From positions 62,001 to 100,674 of the forward strand of contig JAFGND010000006.1 of NCBI GenBank assembly GCA_016927185.1: DNA of 38,674 bases, written 5' to 3'. The position numbers and the translations under genes are program-made. Below the pieces are notes generated by a model that did no database searches, was not told the DNA's origin, and saw only the letters and a list, made by a program, of their open reading frames with translations. Shown here one piece after another: positions 1 to 9,197 of this stretch. Numbering within the stretch: the first letter of the stretch is position 1; each line of letters opens with the position of its first letter. The stretch is from Candidatus Coatesbacteria bacterium (GTDB lineage Bacteria > JAFGND01).

Positions 1-2
1 CA

Positions 3-1721
3 GCAACTCTTGGAAGAGATCAGGCTTTGACAGTGGCGTTTTCTGGTGGGTCTGTAATGGGACTGGCAGTAGCTTCTCTGGGAGCGATAGGAATAGGTAT
101 TCTATATTATGTATTCAAGGATCCCAATTATGTCAGTGGATATGCAATGGGTGCATCTTCAATTGCATTGTTCGCACGTTTAGGCGGAGGAATTTATACT
201 AAAGCAGCAGATGTCGGAGCAGATCTTGTTGGCAAGGTTGAAGCTGGTATTCCTGAAGATGATCCAAGAAATCCTGCAGTTATTGCAGACAACGTGGGAG
301 ATAATGTTGGAGATATTGCTGGAATGGGTGCTGACTTGTTTGAATCATATGTAGGTTCAGTCATCGCAACAATGGCAATAGCATCAACCTTTGCATTCAA
401 TCCTTTATGTCCTCCTGAGCTTAAATCAAATTTACTCGGCTGGATAATACTTCCAGTATTGATAATAGCAGCAGGGTTAGCTTCTTCATTAATAGGAGTC
501 TGGGGAGTCATATTGCTCTCAAAAATGGATCCACAGAAGGCATTAAGGTATTCAACATATATCTCTGGAATAGCAATCATAGCTGCTTCCTGTTTTCTCG
601 TTTATCATATACTGGGGCAGCAATTCATGGGAGTATTCTGGGCAACTTTATCTGGTATTCTCTGCGGACTTCTTATTGGAGGCATAACTGAATACTATAC
701 ATCATATTCTCCTATCAAGAAGATAGCTAAAGCGAGTGAGACAGGTCCAGCAACAAATATCATAACTGGTTTCGCAGTTGGCATGCAGTCAACAGCCTTG
801 CCAGTACTAGTCATAGTCATAGCAATAGGAATAAGTTATACGCTTGTAGACAAGGCTTTTGCTGGTGCCGGTTTATATGGAATAGCAATTGCTGCTGTTG
901 GAATGCTCGCAACTGTTGGAATGACAATGAGTGTTGACAGTTATGGTCCTATAGCTGATAATGCTGGCGGAATTTCAGAAATGTCTAAACTTGGACCAGA
1001 AATAAAAAAGATAACTGACAAGCTGGATTCATTAGGTAACACAACTGCAGCAATAGGCAAAGGATTTGCAATAGGTTCAGCAGCCTTGACTGCACTTGCA
1101 TTATTCGCTGCTTATTCACAGGTGGCTGAAGTAAAGCTGGAAGCATTGAGTTTGCTGGATCCTAAAGTCGTAATGGGTATTCTCTGGGGAGCAGTAATGC
1201 CTTACTGGCTTGGCTCTATGGCAATGCTTGCAGTAGGACGTGCTGCTTCGACAATGGTGGAAGAAGTAAGAAGGCAGTTCAGGGAAATAGTTGGGTTGCT
1301 TGAAGGCAAGGAAGATGTAAAGGCAGACAGCAAGAAGTGCGTTGATATCGCTGCAGCTGCTGCCATCAGAGAAATGATACTTCCTGGTTCTATAGCTGTA
1401 GTAATGCCTGTTGCAGTTGGATACCTGCTTGGCAAGAACGCTTTAGGAGGCTTTCTTGCAGGAGCAACTGTTTCAGGAGTTCTGATTGGTATTTTCATGG
1501 CTAATGCTGGAGGAGCATGGGATAACGCCAAGAAGTGGATTGAAGAAGGTAATCTCGGTGGAAAAGGATCCAGTCCTCACAAGGCAGCTGTAGTGGGAGA
1601 CACTGTTGGTGATCCTTTCAAAGATACAGTAGGTCCTTCAATGAACATACTGATAAAACTCATGAGTGTAGTAAGTCTTGTTCTTGCTCCAGTAATCAAG
1701 AATTTTAGCGGATTGTTTTAA
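3..1721 (+). CDS. hppA: Membrane-bound ion-translocating pyrophosphatase, K+-dependent type, probably Na+-pumping (5' partial)
   Basis: Frame is open from base 3 (ATLGRDQAL...). Family motifs: [80 protein letters not shown]. Many TM segments. Confidence 0.97.
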   Translation, partial: ATLGRDQALTVAFSGGSVMGLAVASLGAIGIGILYYVFKDPNYVSGYAMGASSIALFARLGGGIYTKAADVGADLVGKVEAGIPEDDPRNPAVIADNVGDNVGDIAGMGADLFESYVGSVIATMAIASTFAFNPLCPPELKSNLLGWIILPVLIIAAGLASSLIGVWGVILLSKMDPQKALRYSTYISGIAIIAASCFLVYHILGQQFMGVFWATLSGILCGLLIGGITEYYTSYSPIKKIAKASETGPATNIITGFAVGMQSTALPVLVIVIAIGISYTLVDKAFAGAGLYGIAIAAVGMLATVGMTMSVDSYGPIADNAGGISEMSKLGPEIKKITDKLDSLGNTTAAIGKGFAIGSAALTALALFAAYSQVAEVKLEALSLLDPKVVMGILWGAVMPYWLGSMAMLAVGRAASTMVEEVRRQFREIVGLLEGKEDVKADSKKCVDIAAAAAIREMILPGSIAVVMPVAVGYLLGKNALGGFLAGATVSGVLIGIFMANAGGAWDNAKKWIEEGNLGGKGSSPHKAAVVGDTVGDPFKDTVGPSMNILIKLMSVVSLVLAPVIKNFSGLF

Positions 1722-1723
1722 TA

Positions 1724-2293
1724 ATGGATGGATGGCAGGAATTCTCCTGGGGAATGAACTATAATATCGTCTTGGACTTGATAAGAAGAGAACGAGATGA
1801 TATTCAGGTGTCATATATTTTATGTAATGACAGGTCAATTGCGTTTTCAAAGGAGGAATTTGCCAAGCAGCCTCTTTCAATAGGATATTTCCAGTTCGAG
1901 GATCAACAGTTATACGCAGTAGATTTCATTTTCAAGAAAAGAGACAATGAGGATGATGTAATTTCATCTTATAAGAAACTTTCTTTCCTGATAGATTTCA
2001 AGATAGGTAAAGGTCAGGTTATCTACGAAGGAAAGGAACGAAGGAAAGGGAAACGTGCAGAAATAATTACTCAGGTAGATATTCCTGATTATTACGGAGA
2101 TGAATTTTTTATTAAAGTCTGGACAGTAGGCAGAACTCATATTATTCTTTCTTATGCCCTTTATGGAAAGCATATGTTGCAGATCTATCTGAGATATCTT
2201 GATAAATACCATTCTTTCCATCCCCCTGAGGAATTCAAGGACTTGTATGAGAAAATTGAAGGAAATGGCTATATAAGAAAAAACGAATTGTAA
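1724..2293 (+). CDS. Hypothetical protein (189 aa; start uncertain)
   Basis: Starts 2 nt after the hppA stop, fills the gap and is followed by a terminator-like hairpin. No recognisable motif. Confidence 0.65.
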   Translation: MDGWQEFSWGMNYNIVLDLIRRERDDIQVSYILCNDRSIAFSKEEFAKQPLSIGYFQFEDQQLYAVDFIFKKRDNEDDVISSYKKLSFLIDFKIGKGQVIYEGKERRKGKRAEIITQVDIPDYYGDEFFIKVWTVGRTHIILSYALYGKHMLQIYLRYLDKYHSFHPPEEFKDLYEKIEGNGYIRKNEL

Positions 2294-2318
2294 AGCATCT
2301 TGAATAAAACTTTCAAGC

Positions 2319-2358
2319 AAGCAGGTTTTAAAAGGAAATTCAAAAAACCTGCTTTTTT
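2319..2358 (+). terminator. Rho-independent terminator
   Basis: AAGCAGGTTTT (2319-2329) pairs with AAAACCTGCTT (2344-2354) and is followed by a T run, between convergent genes. Confidence 0.75.
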
Positions 2359-2387
2359 CTTGATACAATGTCAGAAGTAGTTATCAC

Positions 2388-3251
2388 TTATCTCATTATG
2401 ACAATTTTCTTAGTGTCAGCAATCTGATTATCTATTTCAAGCATTATGAAGTACAATCCTGCTGGAAATCTGCTACTATTCAGGGTAAAATTCCTGTACC
2501 CGCTCTTATTTGCAAAACCGCTATACAAGAAAGTCTTTCTGCCTGTCATATCAACTGCAGTAAGTTTCACTTTTTTGCTGACATACTGCTCTGGAATATA
2601 ATAGTCAATTCTTGCAGTTGTTCGAACTGGAACTGGATAAATTTCCAGTAAAGGTTTTGCAGGCTTGAAATAAGCAGAAGTTTTTTCATTATTGAAACCA
2701 GTGCTTTTTACAATTATTGCCCTTATCATCCATTCACCGCTTGAGTATGCTCTCCAGCCTCTTGATTTTTGATACCAGTAAGAATGACCATCATTGCCTT
2801 GATCTACTCCTATGTATGGTGAATCTGGGGTATCCTGATCCCATTTCAGTACTAGCCAGAACTTGCTTCTGGAGCGGAATTCTGTCTTTGTAGTATCAAA
2901 CTTCGCTTCATACCAAGCTGGAGTATCCGATCTATCTGGTATATTCATGGTTACACTCATTATATCAGTACTGTCAGGCAGACCATCTTTGTCTTTTCTC
3001 ACTGCAGCATAACAAACAGTTCTTTCTGAGTTCTTCCCCCTGAGATAGAAAATAGCACTTTTAAGAAAATAAGTATAATCAGGCATCTCGAATTGAATTG
3101 CCATCATGTTTTCGTCCCATTCAGAAGGATTAACTGTTGTCCATCTTTCTGCACTTCCATCATCATATTTAAGGGTATCCGGTCTTGCATATGCATTAAT
3201 AGAGCTGACATTCATCAAGAATGCAAGCATAATGTTTGCCATCAGTAGCAT
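2388..3251 (-). CDS. Secreted protein with T9SS type A-like C-terminal sorting domain
   Basis: AAGGAGG RBS, signal peptide, a beta-rich domain (LKYDDG...WMIRA) and a CTD-like end (IYPVPV...GLYFIML...TKKIVIMR). Confidence 0.85.
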   Translation of the reverse strand: MLLMANIMLAFLMNVSSINAYARPDTLKYDDGSAERWTTVNPSEWDENMMAIQFEMPDYTYFLKSAIFYLRGKNSERTVCYAAVRKDKDGLPDSTDIMSVTMNIPDRSDTPAWYEAKFDTTKTEFRSRSKFWLVLKWDQDTPDSPYIGVDQGNDGHSYWYQKSRGWRAYSSGEWMIRAIIVKSTGFNNEKTSAYFKPAKPLLEIYPVPVRTTARIDYYIPEQYVSKKVKLTAVDMTGRKTFLYSGFANKSGYRNFTLNSSRFPAGLYFIMLEIDNQIADTKKIVIMR

Positions 3252-3276
3252 TGTTTCCTCCTTGTTTAATAAACTG

Positions 3277-3304
3277 AAACTAGAAAAATGCTTTTATTAG
3301 TCAA
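3277..3304 (-). promoter_or_regulatory. Putative sigma70 promoter for 2388..3251
   Basis: TTGACT-N16-TAGTTT upstream of the AAGGAGG RBS. Confidence 0.45.
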
Positions 3305-3523
3305 GCTTCTATAAAGTATTCCTGCTTTTTTCACCATCTTTCCTCATGAACATATTTGATGCCAGTTATCAATGCTTTCAGATATAATATCACAATTTCT
3401 ATAATTACTTGTCTAACAATAAATCAAGCGAATTTATTGATTTTCTTGTAACTGGTGAATCCTCAGTCTTGCATATGCTTGACACAAATATACCCTTTCA
3501 AGTCCCTTACTCAAGAAAACTTC

Positions 3524-4540
3524 ATGAAAATTGGAATTATAGGAATGCCTGGCAGTGGCAAAACCACTCTCTTTCAAGCGTTGACTGGACGGAAAATCCA
3601 AATGGCAACCAGAAAATCATATTCAATTGGTCAGGTAAAAGTACCGGACTCAAGACTTGAAAAACTTATTAATCTATATAAGCCCAAGAAAAGCACCTTT
3701 GCAGAAATAGTTTTTCTTGATTTCAATGAAGATGCAAAAGATTTTTTCAATCCACAGGTAATTGCACAAATAAAAGATTCTGATGCTCTGGTAGCAGTCC
3801 TGAGAGATTTCGCAAATCCACTTGCAGGTCAAGAAAAAGATCCAGTAAAAGAATGGCAAATATTGCAAAGTGAATTCATGTTATCAGACCTGGAGATAAT
3901 CGAAAGGAAGATTGAAAAGCTTCAGAAAGAAAGCAAAGCAGAATACAAGAAACTTACTGGTTTATTTGAAGACCTTAAAAGCTGTCTTGAGCAGCAGAAA
4001 CCTCTCAGCGAGTTGAATTTGACAGAGGATCAAATCAATGATGTCAGTGGTTTCCGTTTCCTTACCCTTCTCCCTGTAATCAATGTCATAAATATTGAGG
4101 AAGAGAATATAAGGAACAAGAAAAGCTACTCGTTAAATGAAAAATATATAGAAATATGTGCAAAAATAGAGGCTGATATATCAGAGATGGAGCCTGAAGA
4201 AAGAAATGATTTCCTGAAAGAACTTGATATTGATGAACCTGCTGTAGATAAGTTTATAAAAGTGTGTTATGAAAAACTCAATCTGATAAGTTTCTTTACG
4301 GTTGGTCCAGAAGAAGTAAAAGCATGGACTATAAGAAAAGGAACAAATACTCTTGATGCTGCAGGAAAAATCCACTCTGACATCAAGAGAGGCTTCATAA
4401 AAGCAGAGGTAATGAACTGGGAGGACATGATACAGTATGGTTCAGAGAGTGCATTAAAGGAAGCAGGAAAACTGAAGCTTGAAGGAAAGAATTATATAAT
4501 TGAAGATGGAGAAATAGTGCATTACAGATTTAATGTGTAA
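3524..4540 (+). CDS. ychF: YchF/Ola1-like P-loop NTPase (divergent paralogue, YchF C-terminal TGS domain)
   Basis: The ATG at 3524 gives MKIGIIGMPGSGKTT. Also VPDSRL and the C-terminal FFTVGPEEVKAW...AAGKIHSDIKRGFIKAEV...EGKNYIIEDGEIVHYRFNV. Switch I and G3 motifs are divergent. Confidence 0.85.
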   Translation: MKIGIIGMPGSGKTTLFQALTGRKIQMATRKSYSIGQVKVPDSRLEKLINLYKPKKSTFAEIVFLDFNEDAKDFFNPQVIAQIKDSDALVAVLRDFANPLAGQEKDPVKEWQILQSEFMLSDLEIIERKIEKLQKESKAEYKKLTGLFEDLKSCLEQQKPLSELNLTEDQINDVSGFRFLTLLPVINVINIEEENIRNKKSYSLNEKYIEICAKIEADISEMEPEERNDFLKELDIDEPAVDKFIKVCYEKLNLISFFTVGPEEVKAWTIRKGTNTLDAAGKIHSDIKRGFIKAEVMNWEDMIQYGSESALKEAGKLKLEGKNYIIEDGEIVHYRFNV

Positions 4541-5606
4541 TGCTGTTTTCCTCTTCCTGCTCCATTTCAATATCAACACTAAGCTTGACTGGCTTTACTA
4601 ACTCCTTAGCTCCTTTATTCTTGAGCATTTCGGAAATCACCCTGTTTTTATATGCTTGAGCTAATGAGAGTGCTGTAAAGTTGTCCTTGCTTACAATATT
4701 CACCTTGGCTCCTTTTGAAAGCAGAATTTCGACACATGTTTGATAATTATTATATGCAGATTTCATCAAGACAGTCCAGCCATATTTATCTTTTTCATTG
4801 AAATCTGCCCCTTTTCTAAGAAGCAAAGTAAATATATCTATATGCGAGACAGAATAATACAGTGCATTTCTTCCATCCATGTCCTTCTCGTTTATCTTTG
4901 CACCCTTCTCAATTAAAGCCAATGTGATATCCTTGTGTCCAGCAAATGAAGAATACATCAAAGGTATCCACTTATAATTATCCTTGTGGTTTATATTCGC
5001 ACCTTTTTCAAGAAGTACCTCAACAACCTTATCACTGCCATAGAAAGAAGCCCAGCTCAATGCTGATCTTCCCCATTCATCAACAGCATCTATCCTGGCG
5101 CCATGTTTCAGCAAAATTCCTGCCCCTTTTTCATCATTATTTGTAGCAGCGAAAATAAGTGGAGTTCTTCCTCCAACCATATATTTATCATTCACTTTCG
5201 GTGTTGTCTTATTTACATCAGCTCCCTTGCTTATCAAATATTCAAGTATCAATGGATTTTGACTGTCAAGTGACATCATCAGTGGATTTCTGCCCCATGA
5301 GTCGCTTGCGTTTATATCAGCTCCCTTCTCAACAAGATACTGAACTATCTTCAATTTCCCATAATTCACTGCCAGCATGAGAAAAGTTATTCCGTATTTA
5401 GTCCTGCCATTGACGTCTTTTCCGTCTTCCACCAGCTTCACAACCGACGAATAGTCATCTTTCTGAATTGCTTCTTCCAGCGTCAAATCAGGTTTTGTTT
5501 TCCATAAATCCACACTTACAGGTTCTTTTGCCATTACATCATCCCCATAAAAATGGAATATAATTGCAAATAACAGCAGCATACTCATTATTCTAAAGAA
5601 CTTCAT
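4530..5606 (-). CDS. Secreted ankyrin-repeat protein (paralogue 2)
   Basis: Signal peptide followed by tandem ankyrin repeats (G.TPL..A...LL..GADIN). Confidence 0.92.
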   Translation of the reverse strand: MKFFRIMSMLLLFAIIFHFYGDDVMAKEPVSVDLWKTKPDLTLEEAIQKDDYSSVVKLVEDGKDVNGRTKYGITFLMLAVNYGKLKIVQYLVEKGADINASDSWGRNPLMMSLDSQNPLILEYLISKGADVNKTTPKVNDKYMVGGRTPLIFAATNNDEKGAGILLKHGARIDAVDEWGRSALSWASFYGSDKVVEVLLEKGANINHKDNYKWIPLMYSSFAGHKDITLALIEKGAKINEKDMDGRNALYYSVSHIDIFTLLLRKGADFNEKDKYGWTVLMKSAYNNYQTCVEILLSKGAKVNIVSKDNFTALSLAQAYKNRVISEMLKNKGAKELVKPVKLSVDIEMEQEEENSITH

Positions 5607-5630
5607 ATAACTATTCCTTTCATGGTTTTA

Positions 5631-6704
5631 TTATTCAGAAGTATCTGGTGGAGAATTTTCTATTTCTTCAGTCAACTTTCTTGCTGGAACAAGCTCTTTT
5701 GCCCCTTTCTTCTTCAGCATTTCAATGATATCTTTGTAACCATATGCCTGAGCCAGAGAAAGAGCCGTGAAATTATTTTTGCTGATGACGTTTACATCAG
5801 CTCCTCTTGCAAGCAGCATTTCAGTGCAAGTTCTCTTGTCATTGAAAGCAGCTCTCATTAAAATGGTCCATCCATGTATATCCTTTTTGCTTACACTGGC
5901 TCCCTTCTTCAGAAGCATTCTGAAAATATCTATATTACCTATAATTGCATAATTCAATGCTGTTCTTCCGCAGATGTCCTGCTCATCAATTTTTGCACCT
6001 TTTTCGATAAGCATGTCAGCAATGTACTTGTTTCCTGCATAAGAGGCATACATCAATGGAGTCCATTTGTATTTGTCTTTATGATTAATATCAGCACCCT
6101 TGGAAATAAGATAATCAAGTACCAAGATACTGTTATCAAGCGCTGCCCAGCTTAAGGGTGATCTTCCCCATTCATCTTTCACATTTATTTTTGCCCCTTT
6201 TTCCACCAAAATCATGATTGCTTTCAAATTATTGTATTGTGCAGCAAATATCACTGGTGTTTTCCCTCCAATTACATAAGAATCTTCACCAGTAGGAGTA
6301 GATTTTTCTATGTCTGCTCCTTTGCTTATCAGATACTCAAGAATTGATGTATCTTCATACCACAAAGTATTTATAATTGGAGTTCTTCCCCATTTATCTG
6401 CCTTGTTAACATCTGCTCCTTTTTCAATGAGAAGCTTTACAATTTCAATATCCCTGTAATTAACTGAAACCATGAGAAAAGTTGAGCCATAAGTTGTAGC
6501 CCCATTAACATCTGCACCTTCTTCAATGCACTGCAATGCAGCTGCATAATCTTTCTTAATAATAGCTTTTTCAAGCAGTTTATTCAAATCAGCTTTTGAC
6601 AGATTGGAAGAAGACCCTTTTTTCTCTAAAGTGACTTGTGTAGCACTTAAAAAACAAGATACTATAAGTATCAAACTGATTACAAGAAAGTATTTCATCT
6701 TCAT
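5631..6704 (-). CDS. Secreted ankyrin-repeat protein (paralogue 1)
   Basis: AAAGGAG immediately before the ATG at 6704, signal peptide MKMKYFLVISLIL..., and ankyrin repeats collinear with the neighbouring gene. Confidence 0.92.
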   Translation of the reverse strand: MKMKYFLVISLILIVSCFLSATQVTLEKKGSSSNLSKADLNKLLEKAIIKKDYAAALQCIEEGADVNGATTYGSTFLMVSVNYRDIEIVKLLIEKGADVNKADKWGRTPIINTLWYEDTSILEYLISKGADIEKSTPTGEDSYVIGGKTPVIFAAQYNNLKAIMILVEKGAKINVKDEWGRSPLSWAALDNSILVLDYLISKGADINHKDKYKWTPLMYASYAGNKYIADMLIEKGAKIDEQDICGRTALNYAIIGNIDIFRMLLKKGASVSKKDIHGWTILMRAAFNDKRTCTEMLLARGADVNVISKNNFTALSLAQAYGYKDIIEMLKKKGAKELVPARKLTEEIENSPPDTSE

Positions 6705-6822
6705 ATCTCCTTTATGAAAACAGCTTTTATTCAACAAATCCTGCTCAATAATTGCTTATGAATGCATCACTTTGTCAAGATAATAATTCATGAAAAGAAA
6801 TCCTGTTCTATTGATTGTTGTT

Positions 6823-8967
6823 TTATTCAATATCCTCTTTATTACTTTTCATAATATTCAGCAAAACAGGTAATTCTATTGTTTTGATACATACTCCAGA
6901 TTTATGAGCAGTTTCAATATTTATCTGCATTTCATATAAACCTTCAGAAGCAGCTTCAGATAATTTCAGATGATGGACAAAACAATGGGATGCGGATATT
7001 TTCTGAATGGTTACTGGACTGATTCCCTTGTTGAAATAGAAGCTCCAGTCCTGAATAACATATTTATCTTTCAGGAGACTTATCTTAAGCTTGGATTGAG
7101 GATCAACTCGCTTTTGTAAATCCCAGGAAGTAATCAGTTCAATAACAGAATCAGGTAAAATCCTGATTGAATAACCAGTAAGTTTGGCTTCACCGAAATC
7201 ATAATCAGTTTCTTTAATACTGCATTTGTCTTTCTTCTTGAATAAGATATTCAGCTGCTCTTCATTTACATGCGAGTCATTTTTATAAGAAAAATCGTAT
7301 ATGAAATATTCAGCACCTGTAGCAGTTTTTCCTTGTTTGGTAATTTCCTTGTTTTCAATTATCTTGTTAAAAATCTCAGAATCTATCTCTTTAAAATCCC
7401 CAGAATATATCAGATATCGGATTTTATCTTTAAATATATTCTTGTTATTCATTTCTCCATTCAAGGAATAAACTGTGAAATCATCTTGATAAAGAAGATT
7501 AACATGAAGACCATCTGCTGCATTTGGAATAAGATTTATAATATGGAATTTTTGTCTTCCTCCCAGAATTAAATCAGCTCCTTCCATATTTTCTGGTGTT
7601 TTTGCCATATCAGGAGCAAGTTCTACAATATACTTGAAACCCTCTTCCTTATATCTTTTTATCTCATCTTTATTTGGGAATCTATTAATTCTCTCCCCGC
7701 ATCTGTCTGCATGATATAGAAATATGGGAGGTCCACCATCAATGGATATTGGTCTGTCTAATAAAAGTATGGAGCCAGATGTATATGATGTCTTGAACAA
7801 ATTTGCGAGTAAATGAAGATTCCCGTAAGGTTTGGTTTTAGGTAAAGGGACATAATGGCACCAAATGAAAAACAAGATAAAAGTGGCTAATAATATACAT
7901 CTTAAGACCTTTTTATTGTTGAATGCAACAAAACCTGTAAGAGACAATAGAAGAAGTGAGATATAAATATACTGGTAGTGATAATAGTCATGGATTTGTG
8001 CTGCTCCTCCCAGTATTGCTGCAAGTATCAATTGGGATAGTAAAAGTACTCCGAATGCTCTTATCTGCTTTTTCAATAAGGAAAGAATCAAGCATGCTAT
8101 TATGACAGGTAAAAACCAGACTGGATAAATCTGATGGAAAATTATTTTACCTAGTTTGCTCCAGAATTCACTGCTTTTCAATAAATCCAGACTGATCCAC
8201 CTATTTATCTTTGTATCCCATAAATGCATTGTAACATGCTGCTTGCTAAGATAGTACGCATATATATGCCAGAGGCTTACAGGGATTGCGGATAAGAGGG
8301 AAACCAAGCTTTTGTATCTCAATTTATTCCATAACAAGACGACAGGAAATACAATTAGGGGTAATGCAGTTGTCTTGGATAGAAAAGCAAAAGAAGAGAA
8401 AAGAATTGAACCTATAAGATATGCTTTTTCAGAGTTTTTATTATATTGACAGGCAAACCATATGGCAATTATTGAAAAGGAGATTGCAAAAGATTCTGGC
8501 ATGAATGATACATCATAATAAATAACAACAGGATGAAGTGCAAGTCCATATAAAACAAACAGGGCAGAATAATATCCTGTAATCCTTCTTGATAAATCCA
8601 GTGCAAATATAAGTCCAATCAAAGCTGCAATAAAACTTGCAATTCTTCCTGTTCTTGATGAAAACGAAAAAAACTTGCCTGCTATTGCAACAGTATATGG
8701 ATACAAGGGTGATTCCATCTCCACAATTTGGGGTGTTGCTCCTGCAGTATTTATCATGGGTTTCAGTGGATTCATTCCGTATCTTGTGAAATTCCTTGCT
8801 ATTGTTGCTGTATCGCATTGCCTGAAAGCATGAAGTCCATATAATTCTTCATTCATGAAAGATATTCTTGGTTTTACCCAAAAGATAAAACCTGGAATGA
8901 AAAGTATTACTGCAATTATGTATCTGTGTTTTTTAATCAAACCAGCAATATAATTAAGTTCATTCAA
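6823..8967 (-). CDS. GT-C fold glycosyltransferase (ArnT/PMT, GT39/GT83-like) with long C-terminal soluble extension
   Basis: HAFRQCDTATIARNF, ESPLYPY, FMPE and HDYY motifs, many TM helices, TTG start. Confidence 0.85.
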   Translation of the reverse strand: MNELNYIAGLIKKHRYIIAVILFIPGFIFWVKPRISFMNEELYGLHAFRQCDTATIARNFTRYGMNPLKPMINTAGATPQIVEMESPLYPYTVAIAGKFFSFSSRTGRIASFIAALIGLIFALDLSRRITGYYSALFVLYGLALHPVVIYYDVSFMPESFAISFSIIAIWFACQYNKNSEKAYLIGSILFSSFAFLSKTTALPLIVFPVVLLWNKLRYKSLVSLLSAIPVSLWHIYAYYLSKQHVTMHLWDTKINRWISLDLLKSSEFWSKLGKIIFHQIYPVWFLPVIIACLILSLLKKQIRAFGVLLLSQLILAAILGGAAQIHDYYHYQYIYISLLLLSLTGFVAFNNKKVLRCILLATFILFFIWCHYVPLPKTKPYGNLHLLANLFKTSYTSGSILLLDRPISIDGGPPIFLYHADRCGERINRFPNKDEIKRYKEEGFKYIVELAPDMAKTPENMEGADLILGGRQKFHIINLIPNAADGLHVNLLYQDDFTVYSLNGEMNNKNIFKDKIRYLIYSGDFKEIDSEIFNKIIENKEITKQGKTATGAEYFIYDFSYKNDSHVNEEQLNILFKKKDKCSIKETDYDFGEAKLTGYSIRILPDSVIELITSWDLQKRVDPQSKLKISLLKDKYVIQDWSFYFNKGISPVTIQKISASHCFVHHLKLSEAASEGLYEMQINIETAHKSGVCIKTIELPVLLNIMKSNKEDIE

Positions 8968-9133
8968 ATGATCAATCCTGCTTCTTAAAATACTTCTCTT
9001 GATGTTAAGAGAATGCTATGTCTTTGTCCCTTCTGTTAGGGGGATTTATCTTCTTATTGATTTATTATCAAATCATCAATTCTCAATAAATATCAAGAAG
9101 ATAGAATGCTTTCTTGTCAAGAGAAACATTTGC

Positions 9134-9162
9134 TTGACAAAATTATACCTGGTATATATAAT
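9134..9162 (+). promoter_or_regulatory. Consensus sigma70 promoter for 9198..10553
   Basis: Perfect TTGACA (9134-9139)-N17-TATAAT (9157-9162). Confidence 0.85.
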
Positions 9163-9197
9163 ACAGACTTCAAACCTTTATGAAAGGGAGAAAAATA

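Noticed and set aside
3252-3523. Possible small ORF or ncRNA in the gap before ychF (e.g. a 23-codon minus-strand ORF MVKKAGILY...)
   Set aside because: Too short, overlaps a likely promoter, and shows no convincing structure.
4530-6704. Repetitive DNA as a CRISPR array or mobile repeat
   Set aside because: The periodicity is explained by ankyrin coding repeats. There are no identical direct repeats with spacers.
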